Notes: generated by a model from the letters alone, not told the origin. Counted from the first letter of the whole stretch, positions 38,550 to 51,903 are shown. The stretch is DNA of 62,631 nt, filler included, from Nemertoderma westbladi (GCA_032718475.1; 3 parts of 3 records of this genome joined end to end with filler, not necessarily neighbours in it), one strand, 5' to 3'. Numbers and translations: made by a program.

Positions 38550-41500
38550 TGTGGTGATACCGCGTGGCTCGCCCCATACTCAGCACACTCAGTATCTGGG
38601 ATACACATCAATATACTGATCTCTGCTGCTTATGGTAGTACAGCAGTAGTACTTATCAACTGCTTAATATGTATAGTAGTATCTGGTGTCTGATATGTAA
38701 TATAACGAATTGTTAATATATCAGATTATACTTTGTATGATATATCCATATCCATACATGGCGCATGTGTGTTGGTGCTGATCCTTCAGTAGCCATCACT
38801 TAACCCACTGCAAGAATGTCAAACTCAAAGGGCAAGAAGTCTACCCCGCTACCTACAGGTTCCGACTCCGAGTCATCCTGCGGGGATAGCGGAGACACGA
38901 TCGCGGCGATGGCGGCCTCCAACGATGGTCCAACTTCTGGCCCAACAACAGGCTGAACCCCGCAGCAGCTGCGGGACGTGCGGATCCCGGTCCGGCACCG
39001 GCAGTCCCCAACGTGGATGTCCTCCCCATTCACCCAGCCCCGGCTCCCAGACGTCGGGCCAGCGACATCGCCAGCCTCGAGTGCATCGACAACGAGGTGG
39101 ACTACGCTACCTTCCGCAGGTGGCGCCAAGCCTGGCGGGTCCATGCCCACCGCCAACAGATGGCAACGTTCCCCAACGTAGAGCAGGTGTACGCCCTCGT
39201 CTCTGCCCTCGGAAGCGGCCTCCAAGAAACAATCCGGGTCACGCTGCACCTCGACATCGACGACGATGCGACCACGCCGGAGTTGATCCTCGACCAACTC
39301 CAGGGCCACCTCCACGCGAGGCGGAGCATCGCGATTGACCGGATTAAGTTCCACGATCGGCAACAGGGTGCCAGCGAGTCCTTTGACTCCTTCCGTGTGG
39401 CCCTGGAGGAACTCGCCAACAACACGGAACTGTGCGGCCACTGCTGCAACGAACAGATCGTAACGCAGGTCCTCATCGGTATCCAGTGGTCGGAGACCCG
39501 GACCGAACTCCTGAAGGTTCTCTCCCAGCCGACTCTCGAGGACTGCGTCAGGATCTGCCAGAGTGTAGAGGCGAGTGGGCGAAACGACTCGATCCTGGGG
39601 GACGGGCAGCCTATCACTCAGGTGTCAGCCTACAAGCGCGGACGTCCATCCACGTACAACCGGCCGCGCAACGACGACCAAGGCCGAGCGCGAAGCGGGT
39701 CCAACCGCCGTCCCGATACCGACAAGGGATGCGACAACTGTGGCCGCCAACACGCCGCAGGATGCCCCAACTGCCCCGCTAAGGACGTCACATGCCGCGG
39801 CTGTGGTAAACAGGGCCACTTTAAGGCAGTTTGCCGACAGGGTACCAAGGCGACCCAGAAACCCGGCCCCAAACCCAACAGGGTCTCCTCGATCATCCCG
39901 CGACTCGGGATCCTATCCGTCACGGTGACCCCCGCTACCTGCAGCCTCCGCTACATCACGGTGGGATTCCACGACACCCGCCGGGACAAGGAACTCGGGA
40001 CTGTCCGGCACGCGCTCCCAGACAGCGGCGCCACTGGAAACATGATGGGTCTGACTGACTTCCATGGACTCGGAGGCGAAGACAAGGACCTCCTCCCGCA
40101 CCGATCAACCGACGACTTCACCGCGGCGAATAAACTCCCACTCGAGGCAGTTGGTCGACTCCCGGTGCGGGTAAACTACGACTGCGCCTCCGCCACAATG
40201 GAGATCTATATCTGTCCCGACATCGACGGTCTCATCCTCTCTCGGGCGACGATAACCAACCTCGGGATCCTCCTGCCCAACTTCCCGGCGAGATGCTGTT
40301 CCCTGGGCGGCACCCCAGTAGCCTCCATCAGCGACGCTACGACGGATCTCCGCATCAACGATGTTCCGCGGATTTGGGAGGATCTTCTCGCCGAGTTTAG
40401 CGACGTCTTCGACGACGCCTCGCTACCCCTCGACACGATGAGCGGGCCGCCAATGCGTATCGAACTCAAAGAAGGGGCGACTCCCTTCCACGCAAACGGT
40501 GCCCGGCCCATCCCCCACGCCATCCGGGTTGACGTTAAGAAACTCAACAAACTTGAGCGACGCCACGTTATCGAGTGGGTCATCGAACCTACGGATTGGG
40601 TTCACCCGATGACGGTGGCTCTGAAGCCCAACGGGAAGTCGTCTGTGCGTCGACCTGCGACACCTCAACTCGCAGGTGCGACGCCCATACTACCCATCCC
40701 CGAACCCGAGAACGGTCGTCTCCAACATCGACACGTCATCCAAGTTCTTCTGTGTTCGACGCGGCCTCAGGGTACTGGCAGGTTCCTCTCGAACCAGAGT
40801 CGCAGCTCCTCACTACTTTTGTAACTCCATGGGGGCGGTATAAACATACCAGGAGCATAATGGGACTCGTCTCCAGCGGGGATGAGTTCAACCACCAAGG
40901 CGACGAAGCACTCCTCGGACTTCCACAACTCGCTAAAGTCGTCGACGACTGCCTCCTCCACAATGCCTCCCTCGATGGACATGTGGCCAGCGTCCGCGCC
41001 TTCCTGCAGCGGTGCAAGGAGCACCACATAACTCTCCACCCGGACAAGGTGCAGTTCACACAATCCGCTGTGAAGTTCGCCGGCTACATCGTGGGGGCTA
41101 CCGGGATCCAGGCCAACCCCGACAAGGTCCGGGCCATCTCCCATTTCCCCCGCCCCACGAACTTAACCGACCTCCGCAGTTTCATCAGCCTGGTCGAACA
41201 GCTGGCCCCGTTCACAGCGGACATCACCTCCACCCTGGGCTAATTGCGGCCCCTCCTGAGCACCAGGAATATGTTCCTTTGGAACAAGGACCACGAGCGC
41301 GCCTTCCAGGCAACCAAGGACGTCCTGCTGTCCCCAGCAGTCCTCGCACCCTACGACGCAACCAAGGAGACGATGCTCCAGACGGACGCGTCCCGACTAC
41401 ACGGCCTCGGATACGCCCTCCTACAGCGACACGCCGCCGATTGGCGACTCGTGGAGTGCGGATCGCGGTTCGCTACCGAGACGGAATCTCGGTACGCGAT

Positions 41501-43425
41501 GGTGGAGTTGGAACTACTCGCGGTAGTGTGGGAAACCGAGAAATGTCGTCTATACCTCCTCGGCCTCCCACAATACACCCTAGTGGTCGACCACCAACCC
41601 CTGGTCACTATTATTGACCGCTACACCGTCGACGCAACCGACAATACCCGCCTCCAGCGCCTCAAAACGCGACTCCTCCCCTACTCCTTCAAGACGGTGT
41701 GGCGCAAGGGAAAGGAGCACCGCATTCCGGACGCGCTCTCCCGGTCCCCCGTGGACGACCCCTCCACGCGGGACGTAGTCGACGATGGCGAGATGGCGTA
41801 CTGTCTCCACTCCATCACCGCGTCCACGGCGGCCCAATTCGACGATGAGCCGGACCGCCTCGCTGACCCGGTTCTACTCGCGCTGTCGCGGATAGCCGAC
41901 GCCGACACCGACTATACTGCGTTACGGTCGGCCATCGAGATGGGGTTTCCCGCCCACAAACCCAACGAGGGCGCTCTGGCCCCCTATTGGTCCATCAGAG
42001 ACTCCATCACCACGGACCAGAACCACCCAGTTGTTGGGGCAACGAATCGTCATCCAGAAGGAGTCCCGTCGCGACATCCTACGACGACTCCACGCACCGC
42101 ACCAGGGTGTGGAGAAAACGCTCTGGCACGCCCGCCAGTGCGTCTACTGGCCGGGCATTACCAATGACGTCAGGACCACCGTCACTGCGTGCAGCGCCTG
42201 TATGAACCACCGGTCCAGCCAGGCCAAGGAACCCATGGCCACGGCTGACGCCCCACAAACCCGCCCCTTTGAGTCCGTCTCAGGGGACTTCTTCGCCCTC
42301 AACGGGAAGGATTTCCTGGTGCTCGTCGACCGCTACTCCGGGTGGCCCGAGGTGCACCCCTTCACCTCCTCCCCAACAGCAGCAAAGACGGGGGACAACC
42401 TGCGGGAACTATTCGTTCGGTTCGGGGTCCCCACCCACTTCCGGTCCGACGGCGGTCCTCAGTTTACCGCCGCCTCCTTCATCGACTTCCTCCACGACTG
42501 GGGGGTAATCCCGGTGACGTCATCACCAGGATACCCCCAGGGAAACGGCCTCGCGAGTCCGCCATCAAGGCCATCAAGGGCCTCCTTAGTAAGACTGGCG
42601 GCTCCACAACGAATCCGCAGTTCCAGGAGGGGCTCCTGGAACTCCACAACTCCCCTCGGGAGCACGGGAAGTCACCGGCCGAAATCCTCTTCGGCCACCC
42701 AACGCGGACGCGGGTTCCCACGCACCACTCGGCGTTCGCAGCGACCCACCAGGCAACGCGGACGCACCTGGACAAGGTCCTCCCTTCACTACAGGCGGTG
42801 CAAGTCAGGCGCTACAACCAGGGCACCAAGGTCCTGACACCCCTTCCCCTGGGAACACATGTCCGCATACAACACCCCACCACCAAGCGCTGGGACCACA
42901 TGGGTGTGGTAGTGGAAGTTGCGCCCAACCGCAAATACAGGGTTCGGACACCCTCGGGACGCACCCTGGTCCGCAACCGGCGCTTTCTATTGCCAGACAT
43001 CTCGGCGCCACACCTGGAACCGCCGCAGCTGGCTCCAGAACCAGCGCCACCACCACCGCGGCCACCACGCACCGTCACGTGGAGCCCAGAGCTCGAAACT
43101 CAGGTGGAGCCCCCGCGGCGCAGCTACCCACGGCGGGTGAGACGCCCACCCCGCAGACTATAGATTGATAGCATTGCATTGCCAGCACTATGGTGTCAAT
43201 GCTAGAAAGGGGGTGTGGTGATACCGCGTGGCTCGCCCCATACTCAGCACACTCAGTATCTGGGATACACAGCAATATACTGATCTCTGCTGCTTATGGT
43301 AGTACAGCAGTAGTACTTATCTACTGCTTAATAATATGTATAGTAGTATCTCGTGTCTGATATGTAATATAACGAATTGTTAATATATCAGATTATACTT
43401 TGTATGATATATCCATATCCATACA
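38550..43425 (+). mobile_element. Full-length Gypsy element (B, Mag-like), 5-bp TSD ACTTT
   Basis: LTRs 38550-38758 and 43214-43425 differ by 3 substitutions and one 3-bp indel. PBS begins TGGCGC at 38759; purine tract 43204-43213; ACTTT at 38545-38549 and 43426-43430. Confidence 0.97.
38816..43163 (+). pseudogene. pol: Gypsy gag-pol with frameshifts
   Basis: CDNCGRQH..CPAKDVTCRGCGKQGHFKAVC, PDSGAT, DAASGYWQV, VVDD, TDASRLHGLG, DHQPL, LHAPHQG..YWPG..CSAC, SDGGPQF, RTLVRNRRFL. Confidence 0.93.
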
Positions 43426-43582
43426 ACTTTGATATTTTGGCTGTCAAACCGTAACTCTTAAATCGTTTTAGTACTGCCTCCAGGTCCTTAAAATGTTGTT
43501 CTTCGTTTGGGCTTGCGATTAATATATCGTCAATGTAACCCACAGCAAAAGATAAACCTGAAAGAGCAGTATCTATTAATCG

Positions 43583-43828
43583 AAAGGCGGGGTAGCTCAG
43601 TTAGTTGAGCGCCGGGCCTGCAATCTATGGTTGTAGGTTCAGCCCCGCCAGGGTCCACTCAGCCTTTCATCTACTGGGGTCGATAAATTGAGTACAAGTT
43701 AAATAACTGGGAGTAATAAATCTTGGGATAGGAGTAGCGCCCACCCCTACCCTCGGGTAGCAGCTATCGAAAGAGGAGCCATCGGGTCGCCTCCGGCTTC
43801 GGCCGACTATTTGCTTGCTTTGCCACAG
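43583..43828 (+). mobile_element. tRNA-derived SINE; 9-bp TSD
   Basis: Head ggcggggtagctcagttagttgagcgccgggcctGCAatc..ggttcagcc (A/B boxes, Cys-like anticodon). TSD tattaatcg at 43574-43582 and 43829-43837. Short (ttgc)n tail. Confidence 0.9.
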
Positions 43829-44074
43829 TATTAATCGTTGAAAGGTTTGGCTAGCGTTTTTGAGACCAAAAGGCATTCTTTTGAAACAAAACATAACAAA
43901 AGGTGTAGTAATTAATATAGCAGTTTTTTTTACGTCATCATCCGCCATAGGAATTAGGTAAAAAGCTTTTTCGAGATCTATTTTTGTAAAGACGGTGCAG
44001 CCCCTAAAGTTATTGCTTATGTCTGCTATCTTTGGCATAGGATAGCAGTCATAAACAAAAGTTTGCCGATTTAA

Positions 44075-45652
44075 CCCTATTAAACCCGGGGGGGGGGGGG
44101 GGGGTTCAATATGACCCCCCCCCCCGTGGTTTTTTTATTATAATTCTGACACTAACGCAGTTGGGAATCTGAAATTTTATGACTTTTCCTATAAATCTAT
44201 TGTCTTCTTAGTAGTGAAAACCGTTTTCAAAAATATTGGGTACTTTTCGAGTTATAGCACCATTTTTTAACCCTACTTTTGGCACTTTTTTTGAGACGTT
44301 TTTTGAAAATTACATTTCATTAAATATGAATTGTAACATCTCTACTTTTGATTTACACCGGTTTTTTGGTGTTAGAAATTGGATGGAATTCATATAAATT
44401 GATTTAGAAATTTCAAACTTGTTTTTTTCGGTGGGTGCCAAATTTTGGTGCCAGCACCAAATTTTGAAAGAAGTCAATTTTGTAAATTGATTGTTTGAAA
44501 CTTGTTTTTTACGCAATTGGGGTTTTTTGGGGTTCTGGATTCGATGAAATATATACGAGTTGCACCAAGCGTATCAAACTTGTATTTTTCGGTGCTGTGT
44601 GCAAATTTTGGTGCTAGCACGAAATTTTGAAAATCCATTCAATAGATAAAATTGCTTGTGACAATTTATTTCTTGCGTTTTATAGGTTTATGGCTGTTCT
44701 GAATTCAATGGAAAATATAATTATCGAACTAGACATCTCAAACTTGTATTTTTCGGATGTGGGTGCAAAATGTTGTCCTAGCACCAAATTTTGAAAACCA
44801 TCAAATATATAAATTGATTGTGTCACCTTGTTTCCTGCGTTATATGGGTTTGTTAGGGTTCTGAATTCAATGGAATCAGTAAAAATTTCATAAGAGTTCT
44901 CAAACTTGTATTTTTCGCCGGTGGGTGAAAATTGTTGTGCCAGCACCAAATTTGGGAAAATATGCAAATTGATAAGTAGATAGTATCACCTTGTTTCTTG
45001 CGTTATACGGGTTTATGAGGGTCCTGAATCCGATGGAATCAATAAAAACAGCACTGGACATCGCAAACTTGTACTTTTTGGTGATGGGTACGAAATTTGG
45101 TGCTAGCACCAAAATTTGCCAAATTACGCCGAAAAATACAAGTAGTAATGATCTGGCATATTAGAAATGTATTCCATTAGAATCAGCGCCCTCGAAAACC
45201 TGAAAATGTGAATTTATAGCATCGTATAAGTGAATTAAAAATTTTGTGTTCTAACTGAAAAGTGCTGGTTACTTGTTTTTTTCATTTTTTTCCTACGCAG
45301 AGAGGACTAAACAGCCATTTATAGTAATCATATCATTTTTAAATATTTTCCAATGTATTTTGCACCCCAAAAAACCTGTATTGAAAAATAATTAGCCGAA
45401 AATGTAACTTTCAAATTTTGTGAAAATTGTGCACTACTTGTAATTTTGGTGCTGCAATATAACCACCCCCAGTACATTTTTTCGAAAATTTTTTTTTTTC
45501 GGTCGGATCCAGACAAGTGATACCTACGTACAAACAAAAAATCAGACGTTTTCGTAAATATTTGTAGATTTTAGAGGGGGGGGGGGGTCAATATGACCCC
45601 CCCCCCCCGGTATTTGTACAACATTTTATAGCCCGGTACGGTACTAATAGGG
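44075..45652. mobile_element. Non-autonomous piggyBac-type element
   Basis: TTAA|CCCTATTA ... TAATAGGG|TTAA; subterminal Gn-tcaatatga-Cn hairpins at both ends; internal ~180-bp degenerate tandem repeats. Removal restores Gypsy DYRRLNRQT. Confidence 0.92.
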
Positions 45653-47855
45653 TTAAGCGACGATAATCACCACAATTTCTCCAAGTACCATCAGATTTTG
45701 GTACCATGAGCAACGGAGAACACCATGGCGAATCGCTGCGTTCTGCAATGCTATTTTTAACTAAATTATTAAAATCGGAAGTTGCGGCGGTTAATTTTTC
45801 ACCAAATATTCTACGCAGTCTAGAAAAACACGGAGGTCCGCTAGTGGTATCATACTTATTTAACAATTTATTTAACCTTGTTTTGGTATTTGAATTGATT
45901 AAGTTAACTTTTGAACTTTCCTTATTAATTTCTTTACTTGAAACAGTTGAAATTGGAAACCAAAAATCAGACGATTTACTACTAATGTCTACTTTGGGTG
46001 GTCCTGCATAACCAAATAGTTCATCACCAATTGTACAACAATCCAATGTTAAACCTAATATCGCACCAGTACCAAATATAAAGAAAGGTAAGGCAAATAC
46101 AGTATGGATAGGCCTAACGGTAACTTGCTAACACAATATGCTAAAGGGTAAAAAATAGAGAGAATCATTAAAATCATCACTATTAGGTTTAAACGATAAT
46201 TTCTGCCACCAGTTACTGAAAATATACTATATGTGGGGTTCTGGTTATGTTAGAAGTCGTACTGTTGATAAAGTTGGATTGATTCTGGTTGCTGATTTTT
46301 GAGGGTTGTTCTTGATTTTTTTATTGGGTTTATTGTTTTCGTTTTGAATCGGCATTTTCATTGGAGTTTTGAAATATATTTGTTTACTCGCACAATCAAT
46401 ATTGATATTATTGTGTCGGAGAAAATCAATTCCAAGAATGGTTTGTGTTGCGTCTGCCACTATAAAATTCCAAGTAAATGGTTCCTTTCTAGGAGTTGGA
46501 ATATAAAATTCAAGTGTTCCTTCCGCTCCCATAATTTCGTATTTCAGAATAATTAGCTGCTTTTAACAGGACATTATTCTGGGATTTATTTTTCAGAAGG
46601 GATTGGAATTTCTGGGGTAATACTGTATATGTAGAATAATCACTGCCAGAATCAATGAGAAATTCTCCTACCGGTAAAGCTTCTACGTGAATATTACAAA
46701 TATCACTACCACCGGTATTATTGTTTTCATTATTACTGTCAGAGTTACCTGGATTTCCACAACGTCGGTTTGGTAGATTGCGCCATGAGCAGGGCGGTCG
46801 GCACGTGGATGCTTCTCTGCCATAAGTGTAATGGTAGTAACAGCAGGCTCCATTTGGGTTGTATTCTCGAGATTGGGAGCGAGAATGTGAGCGCTGACGA
46901 TGAGGTGTTGCTGAACGAGAACCAGAGCGTGATGAGTTGTATCGAGAAGGGAAACGATCTCCATTTCGGCGTGTTGAGAGGTCTCTTAGTTGCGTGTTTA
47001 TCTGCGAAATTTGATCAGCGAGTGACTTCTGAGATTGGACAAGGATCTTTTGCGACTCTTGGAGCATGTTGATTTCAGTTCTGTTGAACCGTTTCACTGT
47101 ATATGCGACATAAGAATCATAATTGCGATAGGATTCTCTTTGCTGAGTTCATCGATCATGTCGGCTTTCTTGTCGGGTAGCGAGTAGTTGGGATGTGAAC
47201 TGTTCAGTTGCTGGAGGACTTCAGCCAGATCAGCCTTAGACAATAACTAAGCTACTAATTTATTTAAAAAAAGAAACAAATCGCTGGGTCACCAAATGTG
47301 AGAATTACTCACAGGATAAGAAAACAATTACTGTAGTTTACTATAGTTCACATTAATAATCATTCTTCATCGTTATGCATACTGTCCTTCAACCTCTAAC
47401 TGCAAAGCTGTGTAACATACAATTATCTCCTACTACACAGCTGACTAATCAGTTGTGATTATAATTAATCAATATAATTAATCTGATTAAATTACATATA
47501 GGTTACTCTAACATGCAATAATTCAAAAGTTTGTTTATTAATTTTCCGGTGCTAAATATATTATTACAGTATAATTTTATGTTTGTAACTACTTTCGGGA
47601 TACAGTAGGCTAATTGGTTGGCGGCAGATTTAAACTTCAACCGCCAGTTTTGCTATATGTTAAATTCAGGTTTTACCGTTTTACAACTAACAGTCTCGGT
47701 ACTGTAGATGACCGTAAGGTCGAAATGTCATAAGACTTTATAATTTTGTTTTTTAATATTCATTAATTTTGGGCCGTAGGCTTATTCATTAACCCTTTAT
47801 ATTTAAAATAATTTTGACTTGAAACTCCTTCATTATTATTTACTATAACGGGAAG

Positions 47856-48290
47856 ATAGACCCCTAGTTTATAGACCCCTAGTTTATAGACCCCTAGTTT
47901 ATAGAGCCCTAGTTTATAGACCCCTAGTTTATAGACCCCTAGTTTATAGACCCCTAGTTTATAGACCCCTAGTTTATAGACCCCTAGTTTATAGACCCCT
48001 AGTTTATAGACCCATAGTTTATAGACCCCTAGTTTATAGACCCCTAGTTTATAGACCCCTAGTTTATAGACCCCTAGTTTATAGACCCCTAGTTTATAGA
48101 CCCCTAGTTTATAGACCCATAGTTTATAGACCCCTAGTTTATAGACCCCTAGTTTATAGACCCCTAGTTTATAGACCCCTAGTTTATAGACCCCTAGTTT
48201 ATAGACCCCTAGTTTATAGACCCCTAGTTTATAGACCCCTAGTTTATAGACCCCTAGTTTATAGACCCCTAGTTTATAGACCCCTAATTT
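47856..48290. repeat. Minisatellite (ATAGACCCCTAGTTT) x29
   Basis: Head-to-tail 15-mers with few variants and no spacers. Confidence 0.98.
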
Positions 48291-49221
48291 CACCTTATAA
48301 TAACTTTTACTTTTCATACATTATATTCAGCATCATTTGGGAAAATTTGGAGGGTGGGGGTCTATCGACGCAATTAAAACTCACCCCTTTCCAGTCGAAA
48401 ATCGATGCAAATAACAACAGATGCATTCAACCGTCTCAAATCGGGTCAAATTTTCATTAGATGTTCGAGAATAGTAGACCTAATCACAACAACTTCGCTA
48501 ACAATTAAAAATTTAAAATTATTTCTGAAAGCTCAGTAGGCATATTAATAGGCCACTAGTTGGAATACAGTGACTCCTTCGTATTCATGTTAACTATGAA
48601 AATACAATTCAAAATGCACGAGATATCTTTCAAAGTTGATATGGCAGTGTGAACTCTTGTTATCATGATAATTATACTTTCATAATGTTTTTCTGTTGTT
48701 ATGGTTTTATTGTAATATTTAATATAAATGTACTATATGTTAGTATGTAATATAATAATGTAATATAATATTAATTTACAATTATTGCATACATTATTAT
48801 ATATTTTGATGTTTTTTATGTGTGCTATTGGACGATGGGTGGTCACCCGTGGTTGGGCAGTAGAGTTAAAAGGTATTACGTATATTGTCCTTAAACCATG
48901 TTGTTACACCATCTATCTTTCCTTATAACACTGCAGATCCGACAGTAAGGCCTCAGTAGGACTCAGCTACAATTACCCATATATAATATAAGTAGTATAG
49001 GATACATGTACCTCACATCGAGGTCACCCGTAGTCCATCATTACCGTCCATTTCTGGTACTCCATCCAATAAGAAGCCACCATTTCAACCTTTAGCAGTG
49101 GTCGTTATTATTTCAACCAATCAGATGTCAGCATTTCATCCGTAACAATGGTAACTTCTCAAGTTCCCTCATATTCCGCTAGAGGCGTTATTAGTCACCC
49201 ATCGCTAGTACTCCGTCCAAT

Positions 49222-49460
49222 CACCAACCTTTATTTTACAGGTGTTCGAGTGTCTACAGGTAACTTCTACTATTTTTCAAATCGCTATTTTTCAGCAACC
49301 AGTATTTTCATATTTACCAACCTTTATCTTACAGACGCTAGGGGTGTCTACAGGTAACTTCTACTATTTTTCAAATCGCTATTTTTCAGCAACCAGTATT
49401 TTCATATTCACCAACCTTTATTTTACAGGTGCTACGAGTGTCTACAGGTAACTTCTACTA
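49222..49460. repeat. ~93-bp tandem repeat, ~2.5 copies
   Basis: accaacctt..ttacag..gtgtctacaggtaacttctacta recurs three times. Confidence 0.9.
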
Positions 49461-50313
49461 ATTTTCATCAGTAACTAAATTTAATTTTGCAATTTTTCAG
49501 ATAACAAAATATTCAACCGGGTTCGAACTCGGGACTGTTATAACTCCTCACAACTCGTCACCCACTCTTCCACCCAACCTCGAGAGAAAAAGGCGATAAT
49601 TATCCGAGTTATAACAAAATATTCAATCGATGATATGATATGATATTGTACTGTACAGTACGTAGCCTAACCTAACCATCCATTCGTATACCTACCGTAG
49701 CTATGATGGTTACTCTTCCTTTCACTTTTTTCTCTCCCTCTCTCTCTTTAGTGTTGTTTGTTATTGATTGATTGTTGTCAACTCAATGATTTCCTATCCA
49801 CTCACCCGCTACTTGGCCACGTTGCTGTATCCTTGTGTTTTACTGCAATTCTCCACTCACTCTTCCATCCAACCTCGAGAGAAAAAGGCGATAAATATCT
49901 GAGTTATACCATAGTCATTGAATTCTTCATCTTCATCACTGGTAGCAGATGTTTATAAATAGCTTCTAGTTCCTTAACATAATTACTATAGCGTAGAATA
50001 CATTAATTCGACTATTAATAATAATCGATTTCTTTTATCGATGTAACTGATCGATCAACTAAGTTGAATATAAGTTAGAATGATAGGGCTAGCATTGATT
50101 ACGTTGCATCTGTTACACGTTACTGCTATTTCACTCTCTAACTCACGCTAATGTAATAAATTTAGCTGTACACGTTGCATCTGTTACACGAAGCAACTAT
50201 ATTCCTCACTGTAAGTCACTCTGCTGTATTAAAGCAACCATATAAACAGAAGTTTTACAATCTAATAATCATTTATTTAGTTTTTATTTTTCAAAATAGT
50301 TTTCATTCTAATT

Positions 50314-51357
50314 ATGGATTTATTTAAAAAAACTTCAAGCAATACTTGGAAATTTACATTTAATAAATATACCTGTAGTATTGTTTATGGCAAGTACTTT
50401 ATATTACTCTCAAGCGATAGCAATGTAACAACGTGCTTCTCTTACCAGGATACACTCTACCTTCTAGACGTCTTAGAAATATTATTCAACCGACAAAAGG
50501 AATCACCAGTTTCAAGAGGTAATATTTATCCTAATATAGAATTTACAAGAGGAAAGTTAAATATTTCTACCTGTGTTATTACTGAAAACGTATATATTCA
50601 GAAGCAAGGCAAATGTCAAATTCTAAACAAATCACTCATTAATTTATTGCTTCAGAGTAAGACAGAAATATTAGAATTGTTATCACCACCACTCGAAATA
50701 ATAAATCAGTGTTCTGTTGTTAATTTAACCAACCCATCTTTTGTTGGTTTTGTAAGCAAATATAAAGGAGCGACTTATATGGGACTATGGGAGATTTCAG
50801 CTAGATATTCTGATGCTATTGGTCTTAGGTATTATAATGGGTTTAACTTAACAGCATCGGAAGTAAATTCATTGTGGTATGAATGGAATTATGAAATTAG
50901 TAACGAAGGTGTCTTTTCAGAGCTAGATACGGACGATAAAGCTTTATCTGACCGACTTAAAGTAAAAATAAATGTACAAGAAAAAAAAGTAATTATTACA
51001 GACAAGGAAAGCAAATATTTACAGTTACATTACGATAAAGACATACCATATATAGAGTTTCTCTACGATATGATGTTAAAGGTTTCATCAACTGATATAG
51101 CAGACGGTTTCGCGATTCTATATCCACCAACTTGGAAGTTTAAGGTTAATAAGTCATGTCCAGAAGTAGTTTCATCCACATTTAATCCAAAGACATACAT
51201 CGAAGAGACATCGAGTGATAGAAAGCGCAGATCTACATCTCAAACATCTTCCATTCCCAACAATGATTCTATACCTACAAAGAAAATAAAAGTTACAAAA
51301 GCAAGTGAAGAGGTAGCAGATTACAATAAGGAACATATAAAAACAGTATCAGATTGA
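50314..51357 (+). CDS. 347-aa intronless protein with a possible PC4/Sub1-like ssDNA-binding segment; candidate Polinton accessory gene
   Basis: Open ATG-TGA frame in AT-rich DNA; TATAAA at ~50241. FVGFVSKYKGATYMGLWE..NGFNLTASEVNSL resembles the PC4 pattern by eye only. Confidence 0.55.
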   Translation: MDLFKKTSSNTWKFTFNKYTCSIVYGKYFILLSSDSNVTTCFSYQDTLYLLDVLEILFNRQKESPVSRGNIYPNIEFTRGKLNISTCVITENVYIQKQGKCQILNKSLINLLLQSKTEILELLSPPLEIINQCSVVNLTNPSFVGFVSKYKGATYMGLWEISARYSDAIGLRYYNGFNLTASEVNSLWYEWNYEISNEGVFSELDTDDKALSDRLKVKINVQEKKVIITDKESKYLQLHYDKDIPYIEFLYDMMLKVSSTDIADGFAILYPPTWKFKVNKSCPEVVSSTFNPKTYIEETSSDRKRRSTSQTSSIPNNDSIPTKKIKVTKASEEVADYNKEHIKTVSD

Positions 51358-51903
51358 TTTATTATTAACTAGAGACTTTTCTTTTTCAGTTTCACACTGA
51401 CTTGTAAAGGTAACTTTTTATCACAAAGCGTGATTATTATAAAGTATTTGCATGTAAAGGTGACTTTATTGAGTAAATATTGGTGATAGTTTAATGTGAG
51501 CACTGGATTATGTATAAATCATTCGCATGTAAATACGTGAGTTTACACCACCATAATAAAACATTTGCATGTAAAACCTACTTTATCAATGAAAATTAAA
51601 AACGCATTAGACACATCTTGGTTTAGACTTGATTTTATTATAAAGAATTCAGTTGTAAAAGCAACTTTATTTATGATATTAGTTTCCAATGTAACTGTTA
51701 TTTATGATTGGTTGGTATAAGTAGAAACTTGAAATATATATATAAAGAGCTCAACTGATTCAATCGAGCTCATTCTGAAAATATTAAATTAATTAAAGTT
51801 TAGATATTATATTTTATTTGTGTTGAGTAGCTTATGAATTTTTTTTGATTATATATATAACAATATTCATATTAATTTTAAATTGTTTTAGGATAATAAA
51901 GAG

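Larger units (their letters stand above)
38335..47513 (-). mobile_element. Older Gypsy element (A), 3'-truncated, with three nested insertions in RT
   Basis: LTR ~47297-47513 (TGTTAGAGT...ATTCTCACA), PBS TGGTGACCC, gag CYYHYTYGREASTCRPPC, protease FLIDSGS. After removing inserts RT reads CGDYRRLN, KIDLEKAF, MPFGLKNA, YIDDILIAS, LRRFLGMCGFYHRFIPN. Confidence 0.9.

Noticed and set aside
38800-43078. Numerous antisense and alternative-frame ORFs over the Gypsy and BEL elements
   Set aside because: Expected shadows of GC-rich or purine-skewed coding sequence; no recognisable motifs.
43586-43655. Functional tRNA-Cys gene
   Set aside because: The T arm and acceptor stem are degenerate, and it is the head of a TSD-flanked SINE.
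47763-48317. 184-aa (KLGVY)n ORF or CRISPR-like array
   Set aside because: Translation of a stop-free 15-bp minisatellite; no unique spacers and no cas genes.
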